DNA from: Candidatus Multivorans sp.
GTDB lineage: Bacteria > Acidobacteriota > Thermoanaerobaculia > Multivoradales > Multivoraceae
DNA length: 64,000 nucleotides
Reading direction: 5' to 3'
Assembly: GCA_965224025.1 (NCBI GenBank)
Contig: OZ245033.1
Location: 4,672,001 to 4,736,000, forward strand
Every line of letters begins with the position of its first letter. Positions within the stretch are counted from its first letter, which is position 1. Below the pieces are notes generated by a model. That model saw only the letters and a list, made by a program, of their open reading frames with translations. It was not told the DNA's origin and did not search any database. The position numbers were made by a program, and so were the translations under genes. Of the stretch, positions 38,508-48,500 are shown piece by piece.

Positions 38508-38772
38508 CCCACTCCGTCCAGCCGGACCCGCGGTGACCGAAGTCGAAGACCTCCGGGTGCCCGAGCGCCGCGGCGATCGAGCGCACCTGGTCGTCGATGG
38601 CCCGGCTCGAGCCGTCGACGTCGACCTTCGACGACGAGCACACCGGCAAACTCTCCACCGACGGCGGGAAGTCGCATTCGTGCGATCGGCCCACCATGCA
38701 GTCCTCGAAGCCGAGAGCGCAGACGATCTCCGTCGCGCTCGCGATCAGCGACACGATCCGCCGTTCGGTCAT
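38500..38772 (-). pseudogene. Internally deleted BtuF-like/cobalamin-binding ABC substrate-binding protein
   Basis: N-terminus 'RIVSLIASATEIVCALG...VGRSHECDFP' joined in-frame to the family C-terminus 'HPEVFDFGHRGSGW'; only 90 aa. Confidence 0.75.
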
Positions 38773-38783
38773 CGGAAGGGAGG

Positions 38784-41063
38784 CTACCGTCTTCCGAGCA
38801 GCAGAACCGCCGCCGCCGGCAGCACCGTCACCGACGCCAGCAGGCACGCCGGCAGCCCAATCAGCATGACCGCCGCCATCGTCTCCAGGCCCGGGTGGTC
38901 GGTGAACAGCAGGATCGAGAAACTGGCCGTCGTGGTCAGCGTCGTCATCGCGATCGCCCGCCCCACCGACAGGGCGGCCACGCGAATGGGCTGAGCCGGA
39001 TCGTCCAGGAATCTGTGGACGACGTGGATGCCGTCGTCGATGCCGAGCCCGAAGATCAGGGGCAGCACGAGCCAGCTCATCACGTTGAACGGAATGCCGA
39101 TCCAGCACAGCACGCCCAATGTGAAGGGCACGGCGGTCAGCACCGGCAACAGCGCCAACAGGACCGAGACGGGACGCTGGAAATCGACGCACAGAACGAG
39201 TAGAACGAAGCCCAGGATCGACGCCGCGATCCACGGGATCCAGGGCCGGTCGCCGGTCATCATCCCTTCGACCACCGACAGAAGACCGCTGGCGCCGGGG
39301 TCGATCGCCTGGACCGCCAGGCGCTGCCGCCGGGCCAGATCGCCGTCGGCCTTCGAATCCACGGGATACGCGTGGACCAGGAACTCGCCGGTCGGTGCGA
39401 TGAACTTTTCCCGCAGGCCGGCCGGCAGGGAGTCGATGTCGGGAGGGCCGGCGGCCGCGGCGCGACGAAGCGCTTCGACCGCCAACCCGAGCGGGCCGCT
39501 CACCGCCGGCCTGCTCATGTCCTGGGGGCCGAGCACCCGCTCCAGGACGACGGCGCGCTCCGCGAGATCGGCCGGCAGGATGGTGCCGAGGCTCACCGTC
39601 TCGCTGAACAGCGGATGACCGTCCAGCCGGCCAGCGAACTCCCGAGCCCGCTCGAGACTCTCCGCCGCCAGGATCCAGGGGGCGCCGTTCGTACCCAGTA
39701 CCTCCTGAATCCGGTCGACCGTGGCGATGGCCGGCACACCGCGATTCATGAGCCGCTCCAGCCGCGTCTCGACCTGGAGCCGGGGTAGCCCCGCAAGTGT
39801 CACCGTCAGTACCGCGGCGCTCACCACCAGGCAGCGCACCGGCCGCTGTGTCGCCCACCGCACCAGGAACGCAAGGCCCGGCACCCGAACCGGCGCGGTG
39901 CGCCGAGCCGGCACTGCAGCCGCCGGTGAGCCGCGGCCTCCATGCCTCCGCTCCCTCAGCACCCAAACCGACGGCAGGATCAGCAGCGTCAGCGGCAGGC
40001 AGAAGAGCAGCCCCAGGCCGCCGGACAGGCCGAGGTGCAGGGCAACCGGGTCCGGGGCCGCGGCGGCGACAAGAAAGGCGCCCGCCGTCGTGATGCAACC
40101 GGCCACCACGCCGCGACCGGCGCCCGTCGCCGTCCGGCGCAGCGCCTCCTCGAAGGGAAGCCCGTTGGCCAGCTCTTCGCGCTGACGCACGAACAGGTGG
40201 ACGGCGAAGTCGATGCCCAGACCGAACACCGTGACCCCGAAGAACGTCTCCATGATCGTCAGCTTGCCGGTCAGGAGACCCACCGCGCCCAGCGCCGCGC
40301 CGATCGACAGCACGAGCACCGCCGCCACGGACACCAGGCCGCCCGGCCGCTTCTCGACGATCTGGAACAACAGCAGCACAAGCGCCAGACTGATCGGCGT
40401 GAGGCGCTTGATCGCCCCGAGCGTCTGCTCCTGGTCGCCAGCCGACACCGCCGGCAGTCCCGAGAAGCCCACCGTGACCCCTGAACCGGCAAGCGCGCGC
40501 TCGACCGCGGCTTCGAGTTCGAAGAAGGCGCTCCGACCGACCTCTTCCTCCAGCGGATCGAGCGCCATCTTGATTTCGACCAGCCGGGCGCCGGGAACAC
40601 CGCCGACGGCGCCGCGAAGCGCGACCGCGGACGCCGCGAACTCGGCCGCGTTCGCGACATCGCCCGGGCGTTCCGCGACCCCTGTCCAACGATCGAACAG
40701 GGAGCGCTCGACCAGCCACGGCGCCTGCTCCTGGAGCCACTCAAGCGGCAGGGGGCGGCGGGCCGCGGCGACCGAAGGAAGCGCCGATGCGGCCCGAATC
40801 GTGCGCTCGACCGCGTCGTCGAGCGACTCCTCTTCGCCTTCGAGCAGCACCAGGAGCAACCCGCCGAGTTCGTAGCGCTCGGATATCTCGAAGTAGCGGC
40901 CGATGTGCTCGTTGGCGCGGTTCATCACCCCAGTAAAGGTGAGATCGATCCGCGTCGCCGGCAGCAGCGCCGCCAGCGCGAGCGCCGGCACGACCGCCCA
41001 CGCGATCGCGCTCCGCGGCGAGCGGATCGTCCAGCGCGCGACCGCGTCGAGCAACTTCGTCAT
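38784..41063 (-). CDS. MMPL/RND family exporter (HpnN-like)
   Basis: Two TM repeats with 'FGLGIDFAVH' and 'FGLGIDDGIH'; 'TTAGAF', 'TTTASF'. Confidence 0.88.
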   Translation of the reverse strand: MTKLLDAVARWTIRSPRSAIAWAVVPALALAALLPATRIDLTFTGVMNRANEHIGRYFEISERYELGGLLLVLLEGEEESLDDAVERTIRAASALPSVAAARRPLPLEWLQEQAPWLVERSLFDRWTGVAERPGDVANAAEFAASAVALRGAVGGVPGARLVEIKMALDPLEEEVGRSAFFELEAAVERALAGSGVTVGFSGLPAVSAGDQEQTLGAIKRLTPISLALVLLLFQIVEKRPGGLVSVAAVLVLSIGAALGAVGLLTGKLTIMETFFGVTVFGLGIDFAVHLFVRQREELANGLPFEEALRRTATGAGRGVVAGCITTAGAFLVAAAAPDPVALHLGLSGGLGLLFCLPLTLLILPSVWVLRERRHGGRGSPAAAVPARRTAPVRVPGLAFLVRWATQRPVRCLVVSAAVLTVTLAGLPRLQVETRLERLMNRGVPAIATVDRIQEVLGTNGAPWILAAESLERAREFAGRLDGHPLFSETVSLGTILPADLAERAVVLERVLGPQDMSRPAVSGPLGLAVEALRRAAAAGPPDIDSLPAGLREKFIAPTGEFLVHAYPVDSKADGDLARRQRLAVQAIDPGASGLLSVVEGMMTGDRPWIPWIAASILGFVLLVLCVDFQRPVSVLLALLPVLTAVPFTLGVLCWIGIPFNVMSWLVLPLIFGLGIDDGIHVVHRFLDDPAQPIRVAALSVGRAIAMTTLTTTASFSILLFTDHPGLETMAAVMLIGLPACLLASVTVLPAAAVLLLGRR

Positions 41064-41117
41064 CGTCCCGCCGCCAAGCCCCTCCGAAGCTGGTTCCCGC
41101 CGACGCGCCCCTTCGGA

Positions 41118-41163
41118 CCTGGGAACGCGGGCATCCTTGCCCGCATCCGGCGCAAAGCGCCGG
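41118..41163 (-). repeat. REP-like palindromic element (subtype A)
   Basis: cctgggaacgcgggcatccttgcccgcatccggcgcaaagcgccgg, near-identical inverted copy of 32423-32468. Confidence 0.88.
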
Positions 41164-41267
41164 ATTCCGGAATCACCCTGCCCGGTCCGCTGCGCTGCCG
41201 AGCGACGACACGTCGCCGATTGCTACAGTGCGCCGGTTCGCCAACGCCCGCAAGACGAGGAGAAGAG

Positions 41268-42110
41268 ATGAAGTTCGGCATCATGTTCGCCAACACTGGC
41301 CCATTCGTCGACGGTCTACGAGCCGTGGCTCTGGCTCAGGCCGCCGAAGCCGCCGGCTTCGACTCGCTATGGACCGTGGAGCACGTCGTCGTCCCGCGCG
41401 GCTACGCCTCCCCCTATCCCTATGACGACAGCGGCAAGATGCCTGGTGGACGCGAGGATTTCGACATCCCCGACCCGCTGATCTGGCTATCCTACGTGGC
41501 TGCGGCGACCAAGAGCATCAAGCTCGCCACCGGCATCCTGATCGTCCCGCAGCGCAGTCCCCTGGTCACGGCCAAGGCCGTCGCCACGCTCGACCAGCTC
41601 TCGGGGGGACGCGCCATCCTGGGAGTCGGCGTCGGCTGGCTGGAGGAGGAATTCAACGCCCTCGGCGTGCCCTTCGCCGGCCGCGGACGGCGCCTCGACG
41701 ACTACCTCCGCGCCTTCCGGGCGCTGTGGAGCGAGGACTGCCCCAGCCACGACGGTGAGTTCGTGTCCTTCTCCGACTGCTACTGCCGGCCGCAGCCGGT
41801 CAATGGCTCCGTACCGATCGTGATCGGCGGCCACTCCGAGCGCGCGGCACGCCGCGCCGGCGAACTGGGCGACGGCTTCTTCCCCGCCATCACCGACGTC
41901 GACAAGCTGAAGCACCTGTTCCGCATCATGCGCGAGACCGCCGAGGCCGCGGGCCGCGATCCCGACGCGATCGAGATCACGGCCACCGGTGGACCGCCGG
42001 ACCAGATCGCCCGGATGGCCGAACTCGGCGCCTCGCGCGTCTTCGTACCGCCGATGCCGCCCGACCGCCTCGCCCAGTTCGGCGAAGACGTCATCTCGAA
42101 GTTCAGTTGA
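41268..42110 (+). CDS. LLM-class (probably F420-dependent) oxidoreductase
   Basis: GAGGAG RBS; 'GFDSLWTVEHVV', 'DPLIWL', 'LDQLSGGR..LGVGVGW', 'GGHS..AARRA...GDG'. Confidence 0.9.
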   Translation: MKFGIMFANTGPFVDGLRAVALAQAAEAAGFDSLWTVEHVVVPRGYASPYPYDDSGKMPGGREDFDIPDPLIWLSYVAAATKSIKLATGILIVPQRSPLVTAKAVATLDQLSGGRAILGVGVGWLEEEFNALGVPFAGRGRRLDDYLRAFRALWSEDCPSHDGEFVSFSDCYCRPQPVNGSVPIVIGGHSERAARRAGELGDGFFPAITDVDKLKHLFRIMRETAEAAGRDPDAIEITATGGPPDQIARMAELGASRVFVPPMPPDRLAQFGEDVISKFS

Positions 42111-42193
42111 GCACCACTGCGTGCTCCGGCGTCCCCGCCGGCCGCCCGCAATGATGCGCCATCGTATGAGTAGAGAGTCTCGCCGCCCGACGC

Positions 42194-42254
42194 CGTATCT
42201 CTGGGTGCGCGGGTCTTCTGACCCGCATCAAGCCAAGCCGCGAAGCGGCGAGGC
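42194..42254 (-). repeat. REP-like palindromic element (subtype B)
   Basis: cgtatctctgggtgcgcgggtcttctgacccgcatcaagccaagccgcgaagcggcgaggc; inverted relative of 24505-24565. Confidence 0.85.
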
Positions 42255-42276
42255 TATGCGGTGGTAGCTTTTGCCA

Positions 42277-43164
42277 ATGATCTACCTTCGCCGTTTCACC
42301 CCGCTCGCACTCGCCCTCGCCCTGCTCCTAGCAGCCGCCATCCCCACCCTCGCCTCCGAACACGAAGCCGACGACCCCGTCCGCGTCCTCTTCGTCAGCA
42401 AGTCCTCCGGCTTCCAGCACTCGGCGATCACGCGACAGGAAGCCCGCCCCAGCCACGTCGACACCGTCCTCGCCCAGATCGGGGCAGACCGCGGCTTCAC
42501 CGTCACGTCGACCAAGGACGCCGGCATGATCAACGCCACCCAGCTCGCCTCGTTCGACGTCGTCATCTTCTACACCACCGGCGACCTGACCCAGCGCGGC
42601 GGCACCGGCGAGGGTTTCTTCCGCGGCGACGGCAATCCCCCCATGAGCGCCGACGGCGTCTCCGACCTGATCCAGTGGATCGAAGCGGGCGGCGGCTTCA
42701 TCGGCTTCCACCCCGCGACCGACACCTTCCACGGCGAGAACGCCGAGGTCACCCCCTACATCGGCATGATCGGAGGCGAGTTCCTCCACCACGGCGCCCA
42801 GTTCGAAGGCATCGTCCGCGTCGCCGACGCCGGCCACCCGACGATGGCCAACGTCGAAGACGGCTGGAAGATCATGGACGAGTGGTACCTGTACAAGAAC
42901 GTCGCCAAGGACGAACTGCACGTCCTAGCCCTGATGGACCCGGGCGAAGAACGGTCCAGGCAGGAGGTCTACGACATCGCCCCTTACCCCATCGTCTGGT
43001 GCCGCGAACTCGGCTCCGGCCGCGTCTTCCACAACGCGATGGGCCACCGCGAAGACGTCTGGTCCCACGAGATGTTCCAGACCTGGGTCGGCGACACGAT
43101 CGAGTGGGCGGCAGGCGAAGGCGAAGCCGAGGCCGCGCCGAACTGGGGTGACGTGGTGCCCTAG
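42277..43164 (+). CDS. ThuA-like domain protein, secreted
   Basis: 'GFQHSAI', 'FDVVIFYTTG', 'GGGFIGFH.ATD', 'DEWY', 'GRVFHNAMGH'. Confidence 0.88.
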   Translation: MIYLRRFTPLALALALLLAAAIPTLASEHEADDPVRVLFVSKSSGFQHSAITRQEARPSHVDTVLAQIGADRGFTVTSTKDAGMINATQLASFDVVIFYTTGDLTQRGGTGEGFFRGDGNPPMSADGVSDLIQWIEAGGGFIGFHPATDTFHGENAEVTPYIGMIGGEFLHHGAQFEGIVRVADAGHPTMANVEDGWKIMDEWYLYKNVAKDELHVLALMDPGEERSRQEVYDIAPYPIVWCRELGSGRVFHNAMGHREDVWSHEMFQTWVGDTIEWAAGEGEAEAAPNWGDVVP

Positions 43165-43290
43165 TCCGCGCGGTTCTCCCCCGAAAGTAGCGTCGCGATG
43201 AAAGGTAAGCGTCCCTTGGGCCCCGAATCTCGCCTCACGCCCGGTGTGTCGGAGCGTTGCTGAATCGTCGCCATGGTCTTTGTTCCTTAG

Positions 43291-43897
43291 TCACCCGCCA
43301 CTTGGACCTCCGGTACGCAGTGTATCGAGCAGGACTCGAGCGAATGGTGCAACGGACTCCACCACCGCGGGATCGATCTCGCCTAGAATGGCGAAGCTGT
43401 GTGACGCCTTGTGATAGCCACCCTTCGTGGACTCCCTCGTGGCCCCTTTTGAGCCCGCGCAGAACGTCTTCCTTACGGATCTTTTCGACGCTAGGGTTCT
43501 GAGGAAGCGCGGCCTCCCGAAAGTCGGCCCCGTAGAACGCCGCCAAAGCCGACCTGTCGGCTAAGAACCATGATTCCATGAGTTGGACCATCAGATGGCA
43601 ATGGCCGCCGCTCGCACCATCGGGCCGACTCCATCCGTCCCGGTCGAAGAGGTGTTTCCACGGATCTGAAGTGCTCACCGGACCTTCTGCATCAACGAGA
43701 AGCATCGGGGCTACCCCGCCATCCTCACATGCCGTCTTGAAGCTCTCGTAGGCATTTTCCCGCCCGCCACATGCCACAATGCGAGGCATCCGGCCCTCGA
43801 GACCGGCACGCTCAATGAATTTCCTGAATCCTCTTCGACATCGATTCTTGAGGTCTTTAGAATCCCCTCCGCCCTCTACGTAGAGCTTGATGCTCAC
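43291..43897 (-). CDS. DUF4276 (TOPRIM-like) protein with an apparent +1 frameshift near the C-terminus
   Basis: 'KLYVEGGG', 'LLVDAE', 'MVQLMESWFLAD'; removing one base from the C4 run at 43443-43446 restores 'LKRATRESTKGGYHKASHSFAILGEIDP'; GTGA overlap with the ATPase. Confidence 0.8.
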
Positions 43898-45117
43898 CAA
43901 CGGGTCCCTCCGATCTCGCCTCGGGTCCACAGCTCCCCGAGCCGGTACTTCTGAAGCCACGGCCTCAGTTTCTCGGAGTCGAGGCGCTCCAACTGCGTGC
44001 AACCACTGAGCTTCTCACAGACGACAACTACCTCGGGGCTTTCGGTGAGCGCATCAACCAGTACATCCGAGTGGGTGGTCACGACAAGCTGTGTGCGCGC
44101 GCTCGCCTCCAGCAAGAGGTCCGCCAAGTGTCCGTGAACGTCCTGGTGCAGGCCCAGTTCTGGCTCCTCAATGGCGATGAGTGGCGGCGGCTGCGGATCG
44201 ACCAAGATTGCAATGAGACAAAGGAAACGGAGCGTCCCGTCGGACACTCGACGTGCCGGAACAGACGAGTCGCCCTCTGTAAGGTAGAGGGCCAGTGTCC
44301 CCCCTTCTGGAACAACCTCGAAATCGGTAAAGCCCGGTGCCAGTTCACCGATCAACTCAAGTAGGCGGCGCTTAACCAAGGGGTTGCCCTTGAGTACGGC
44401 AAGTCGGGCTGGCAGGTTGTCAAGTCTCTCTGAAAGATGATCGGCGCGGACGTCCGCTGCGCAAGCCCCCCTAACGGTCGCGTCTGGACCGAACTGCCAG
44501 AATCGATAAATCCGAATTTGGCCAAACGCATCCGTGACTTTGCTCAGCTCTGGATAGGCATCGGGATCCCTTCGTTGGGACAAAATGGACTGAGTCATGT
44601 CCAAATCTTCCCTCCGGAGTTCTCTCTGTGTTCCGTCTTGGACATTCAGCATAGGACGCCCATTTTCGTAACCAAAATAGAAATATGGCTTATCCTTGTC
44701 GAGAGGTTTGTCTGCGTGCTCCAACCGTTCGTCCAGCACTACGAACGAATCACCAGCGGCACCGAAGTCCAAGCGGTACCGGACAGCCGGCTGAGTGTGA
44801 TGTTGAGCTATGACACCCTCCGTGAACACAACCTCGACCCGAGCAAACTGTGCTGCATGGATATTTCCTTGTGTTCGAGGAGCATCGGGCGTCCAGAGCC
44901 AATCCTGTACGCGTCCTCCCTGTCGTATCGGCAGTGGTAGATCTCGAGGTGCGGCGCGCAGGATGGACACGGCTTCAATGAGATTGGACTTCCCGGTTCC
45001 ATTTGGGCCGATGAGGACATTCAACGGTTTCAGTCGAAAATCCTCAGTGCCATAGCCAAAGGAGAGAAAACCCTCAAGAGTGATGGCCTTCAGAAGGGGA
45101 TGCGGTGGTTCAGCCAT
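43894..45117 (-). CDS. ABC-class ATPase (AAA_21/AAA_15-like)
   Basis: Walker A 'GPNGTGKS', signature 'VSDGTLRFL', Walker B 'IAIEEPELGLH', H-loop 'TTHS'. Confidence 0.9.
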   Translation of the reverse strand: MAEPPHPLLKAITLEGFLSFGYGTEDFRLKPLNVLIGPNGTGKSNLIEAVSILRAAPRDLPLPIRQGGRVQDWLWTPDAPRTQGNIHAAQFARVEVVFTEGVIAQHHTQPAVRYRLDFGAAGDSFVVLDERLEHADKPLDKDKPYFYFGYENGRPMLNVQDGTQRELRREDLDMTQSILSQRRDPDAYPELSKVTDAFGQIRIYRFWQFGPDATVRGACAADVRADHLSERLDNLPARLAVLKGNPLVKRRLLELIGELAPGFTDFEVVPEGGTLALYLTEGDSSVPARRVSDGTLRFLCLIAILVDPQPPPLIAIEEPELGLHQDVHGHLADLLLEASARTQLVVTTHSDVLVDALTESPEVVVVCEKLSGCTQLERLDSEKLRPWLQKYRLGELWTRGEIGGTRW

Positions 45118-45569
45118 TTGTGCCTTCAGTTGGTTTGTGGTTGACGGACGCGGTGTGCCCTTGGCTAGGGGCTGCGGCTAACTCGCCGATGCCCCGACGG
45201 CCCCAGATTTGATGTCGCGTCCATGACTCGCCCAGCGGTATCGCGAAGCGGGTTTCTTGGCCTTGGTATCTGGCAGGGACGTGAGTTTCTTCGCCATCCT
45301 CCCGGTAGTGCAGATAGCGCGCAACTGAGTCTAGTGTCTCGATACGAGGCATGTTCTGAAGAGAGGGCGTGAAAGCCCATCCGGGTGTCCCGCCGAGTTC
45401 GCGATTGCGGAAGCACCACCCCTCCAGGTCGCGCACGACTATGTCGATCCGGCCGATCGTATCGCAGGGGCGCTGCTCAAGACCCGGCAGATCCGGGCGA
45501 CGCAACGCCAATCTCCGTACCCCCAGCGGCCGCTCTCCGCGGGCCCCCAGCGAGCAACGCGTCGTCGGT

Positions 45570-48500
45570 TCAACGACTGACGCGGTTCGCTGTGTCACCA
45601 GCCGCGAGGGCGTTGATGTAAGTCAGGACCAGATCGCGGGTCCGATACGAGCCCCACCGCGACTCGTCCTGCCGGCGGGCGATGGGGAAAGTCCCAAGGA
45701 CGTAGTCCGCGTCTTCCCAGGACAACCCGTACAGCAGGAAGTACAAGGCATCCAGCCTGGCCCGCAAGTGTCGGCGGTCCTCGTCGTCCCACGCAAACGG
45801 CGGTCCGTCGTAGCCGAGGTCGTTCGCAAACGGTCCCATGTCGCGAGCCGTGTACGTCAGACGCAGAGCGTGGTCGAGGACGAGGTCGCGCGCGGTCTTG
45901 TTCCCGAACCGGCGCTCGTAGTCCTCGCCTGCAAGCACCGGCAACTGCTCGACGATGAACCAGTTCAGGTGCTGGCCCTGGACCTTCTGCCTGGCCACGA
46001 AGTCGAACACGAAGGAGTTGAAGTTGGCGGCAAGCAGCGACAATGCCTCGGCGGCCGCCGCAGCTGAGCGGGCACCATCGGGCATCAGCAGGGGAAGCGT
46101 GTTGCCGACGGCGGAGCGAGGCACAAGAGTCGCGATCATGGTACGCACGTTCGTCGGCGCCGTGACGTCCTTGAAGGCAAGTGCCCAGTCGAGACCCTCA
46201 GGCCATTCCACGTCGCCAGCCGCAACCCAGAACTGCGGATCAGGCGACCAGGCTGGGTCAGCATGGTCCGCCAAGGTGGTTACTCGCGGCTGCGCCGGCC
46301 GGTTCAGGTTCTCGGGGTTGACCACGATGCTCGCCGCCCGGTGGTCGAAGGCCTGCACCATCTTCCCCTCGTGGAGAGGCAGCCACTCTTCCTCGCCCCG
46401 CTTCCACCGATTGCCCGCCACCGGATAGCAGCCCGCCGCCTCAAGCTCCGTAGCGGTCCTGAACAGGTGGGAGTCGTTCGTCATGTGGAACATCGTCTTG
46501 TAGCGAACAGGCCAAGCCCGACGTTCCACGCCGCCCGACCGATCGACCAACACCCTATGCCGCTCGTAGATGCCCCTTGTGATCTCGGCATCCCGGCGGG
46601 TCCGGAACACGGGCGCCGTACCGGTGTTCGGATTGACCCGAGAGAAGTCGGCCGGGGTCAACGGGAAGCAGCGTTGCGCGTCGCTCGGATCCTCAACGCT
46701 GTCGAGGAAGAAGCCGCAACGAGTCTCCGCGAACGACCGTTCATCACCGCCAAGAACCAGAGCGCAGAACTTGAACCGCGTATCGACATCCGGGAAGAAC
46801 GGCGGCAGTCCGGTACCCAGACGCCGATTCTCGAAGTCGAACAAGCCCGCCACCCGGCCGCGGGTGGACACCGACTGGAAGAACGGCGCCGCCGTCTTGT
46901 CGGCGTAGATGCCTGAAGGCACGAGCAGCCCCATCAGGCCGCCCGGCCTGAGCACGTTCAGCGCCCGCTCGACGAACAGCGAGTACAGGTTGATGTCGCC
47001 CCTCCCGAGCAACGGATAGTCGCCTGAGGTCCGGAACAGCGTCAGGAGGCTGTCGGCGCGTTGCTTCGCCTCGTCGAACGCGGCGGCCAACGATTCGCCC
47101 CGGTCTCTGAGTTTCTTGATGCCAATACGGCGCTGGGCCGCCGTGGGAGCGCGGGCCAACTCCGGATCACGAGTCGCGAACCACTCCACTTCCTGCAGCT
47201 TGATCCGGTCCCAGGGCGGATTGCCGATCACCGCGTCGAACCCGCCCTCCGGGCTGCGCCGCTGCCAGTGTCGCCACACGCCCGGGAAAGCCACCTCCCA
47301 ATGCAGGAAGGTCTCCCGTTCGGCCAGGGCGCGGGCATCCCGCCATAGCTCGCCAAACCTCGAAAGGCCAGCGTCGTCCGAACTGGCCGATGTCGTATCG
47401 ATCGCTCCCGGACCCTCCGCGAGGAGTGAATACGCCTCGCCTGGGAAGGCGCCGATCACCTCAAGGAGTCCGCGGGTCTCAAACTCGTTGCGCTGCTTCT
47501 TCTTCAAGCCCGCGGTCAGCCAGCGCAGGCTGCACAGGAAGTCGAGCACGCGGCGCAGCTCGGAGGTCGCCTGGTCGACACCCTCGAAGAGCCTGGCCGA
47601 CTCTCGCGCCTCCGCTACGTCCGCGTCGGACATCTCCTCGATCAGTTCCATCCCGGCGACCGCGTTCTCGGCTCCCTGGATGGCGCTGGAAGCGATCAGC
47701 CCACCGAGGCGGCGAAGCTCATCCGTTCCATCGCCGACCCTGAGCCCGACAAGAGAATCGCCGCAACGCAGGTGATGGTCCAGGAACGACAGCGGCGCGC
47801 CGACGGTGAAGCTGTGCAGCCACAGCGACACCTTCGCCAGTTCCACCGTCAGGCGGTTCTTGTCCACGCCGTAGATGCAGCGCTTGAGCACCATTCGCCG
47901 GATGATTGCCTGGTCGGTGAGCCGCACCTCGTCGATCACCCAGTCCGATTCCGCGGCGCGCTGCAGGATGCCCTCGCGGATACGAGCGATCCGACCCACG
48001 AGCGGCGACTCGTAGGCCTCGCCAAGCCAGTCCGGCACCGCCGGCACGTACTCGATGAGCTCCGACACGTAGTCGGAAAGGAAGTCCACGGCGGTGACCA
48101 GGAAGTGGCCGCTGCCCATGGCGGGATCGAGCACCTTGAGATCCAGCACGGCTTCCGCCGGGTCGATCTGAAGCAACTCCGCCACACGGTCGGCCTTGGG
48201 CCTCCGTTCGCTCTTGAGGTCCACGGACTTGGCCTCGAACGCCCGCAAACGCTCCTCGGCCAGCGGCTTCAACGTCTGCTCGACGATCAGGTCGACCAGC
48301 TCCTGGCTGGTGTAGAAGCTGCCGCTGTCTTTCCGGGCGAAGCGGTTGAGCTGGATCGAGACGTTGCCTTCGGAATCGCGAGCCGGCTCGCGCTCCAGCA
48401 GTCGCTCGTAGATCGAGCCGAGCTGCTGGACCGTCATGTCGCGATAGTTGACGAACCTCGCTCGGCCGGCGTCGCCCTGCGCGACATGGCTGAGTCCGAA

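Noticed and set aside
38500-40740. 746-aa ORF overlapping the MMPL gene
   Set aside because: Off-frame read-through; only the terminal 90 aa (BtuF-like relic) is meaningful
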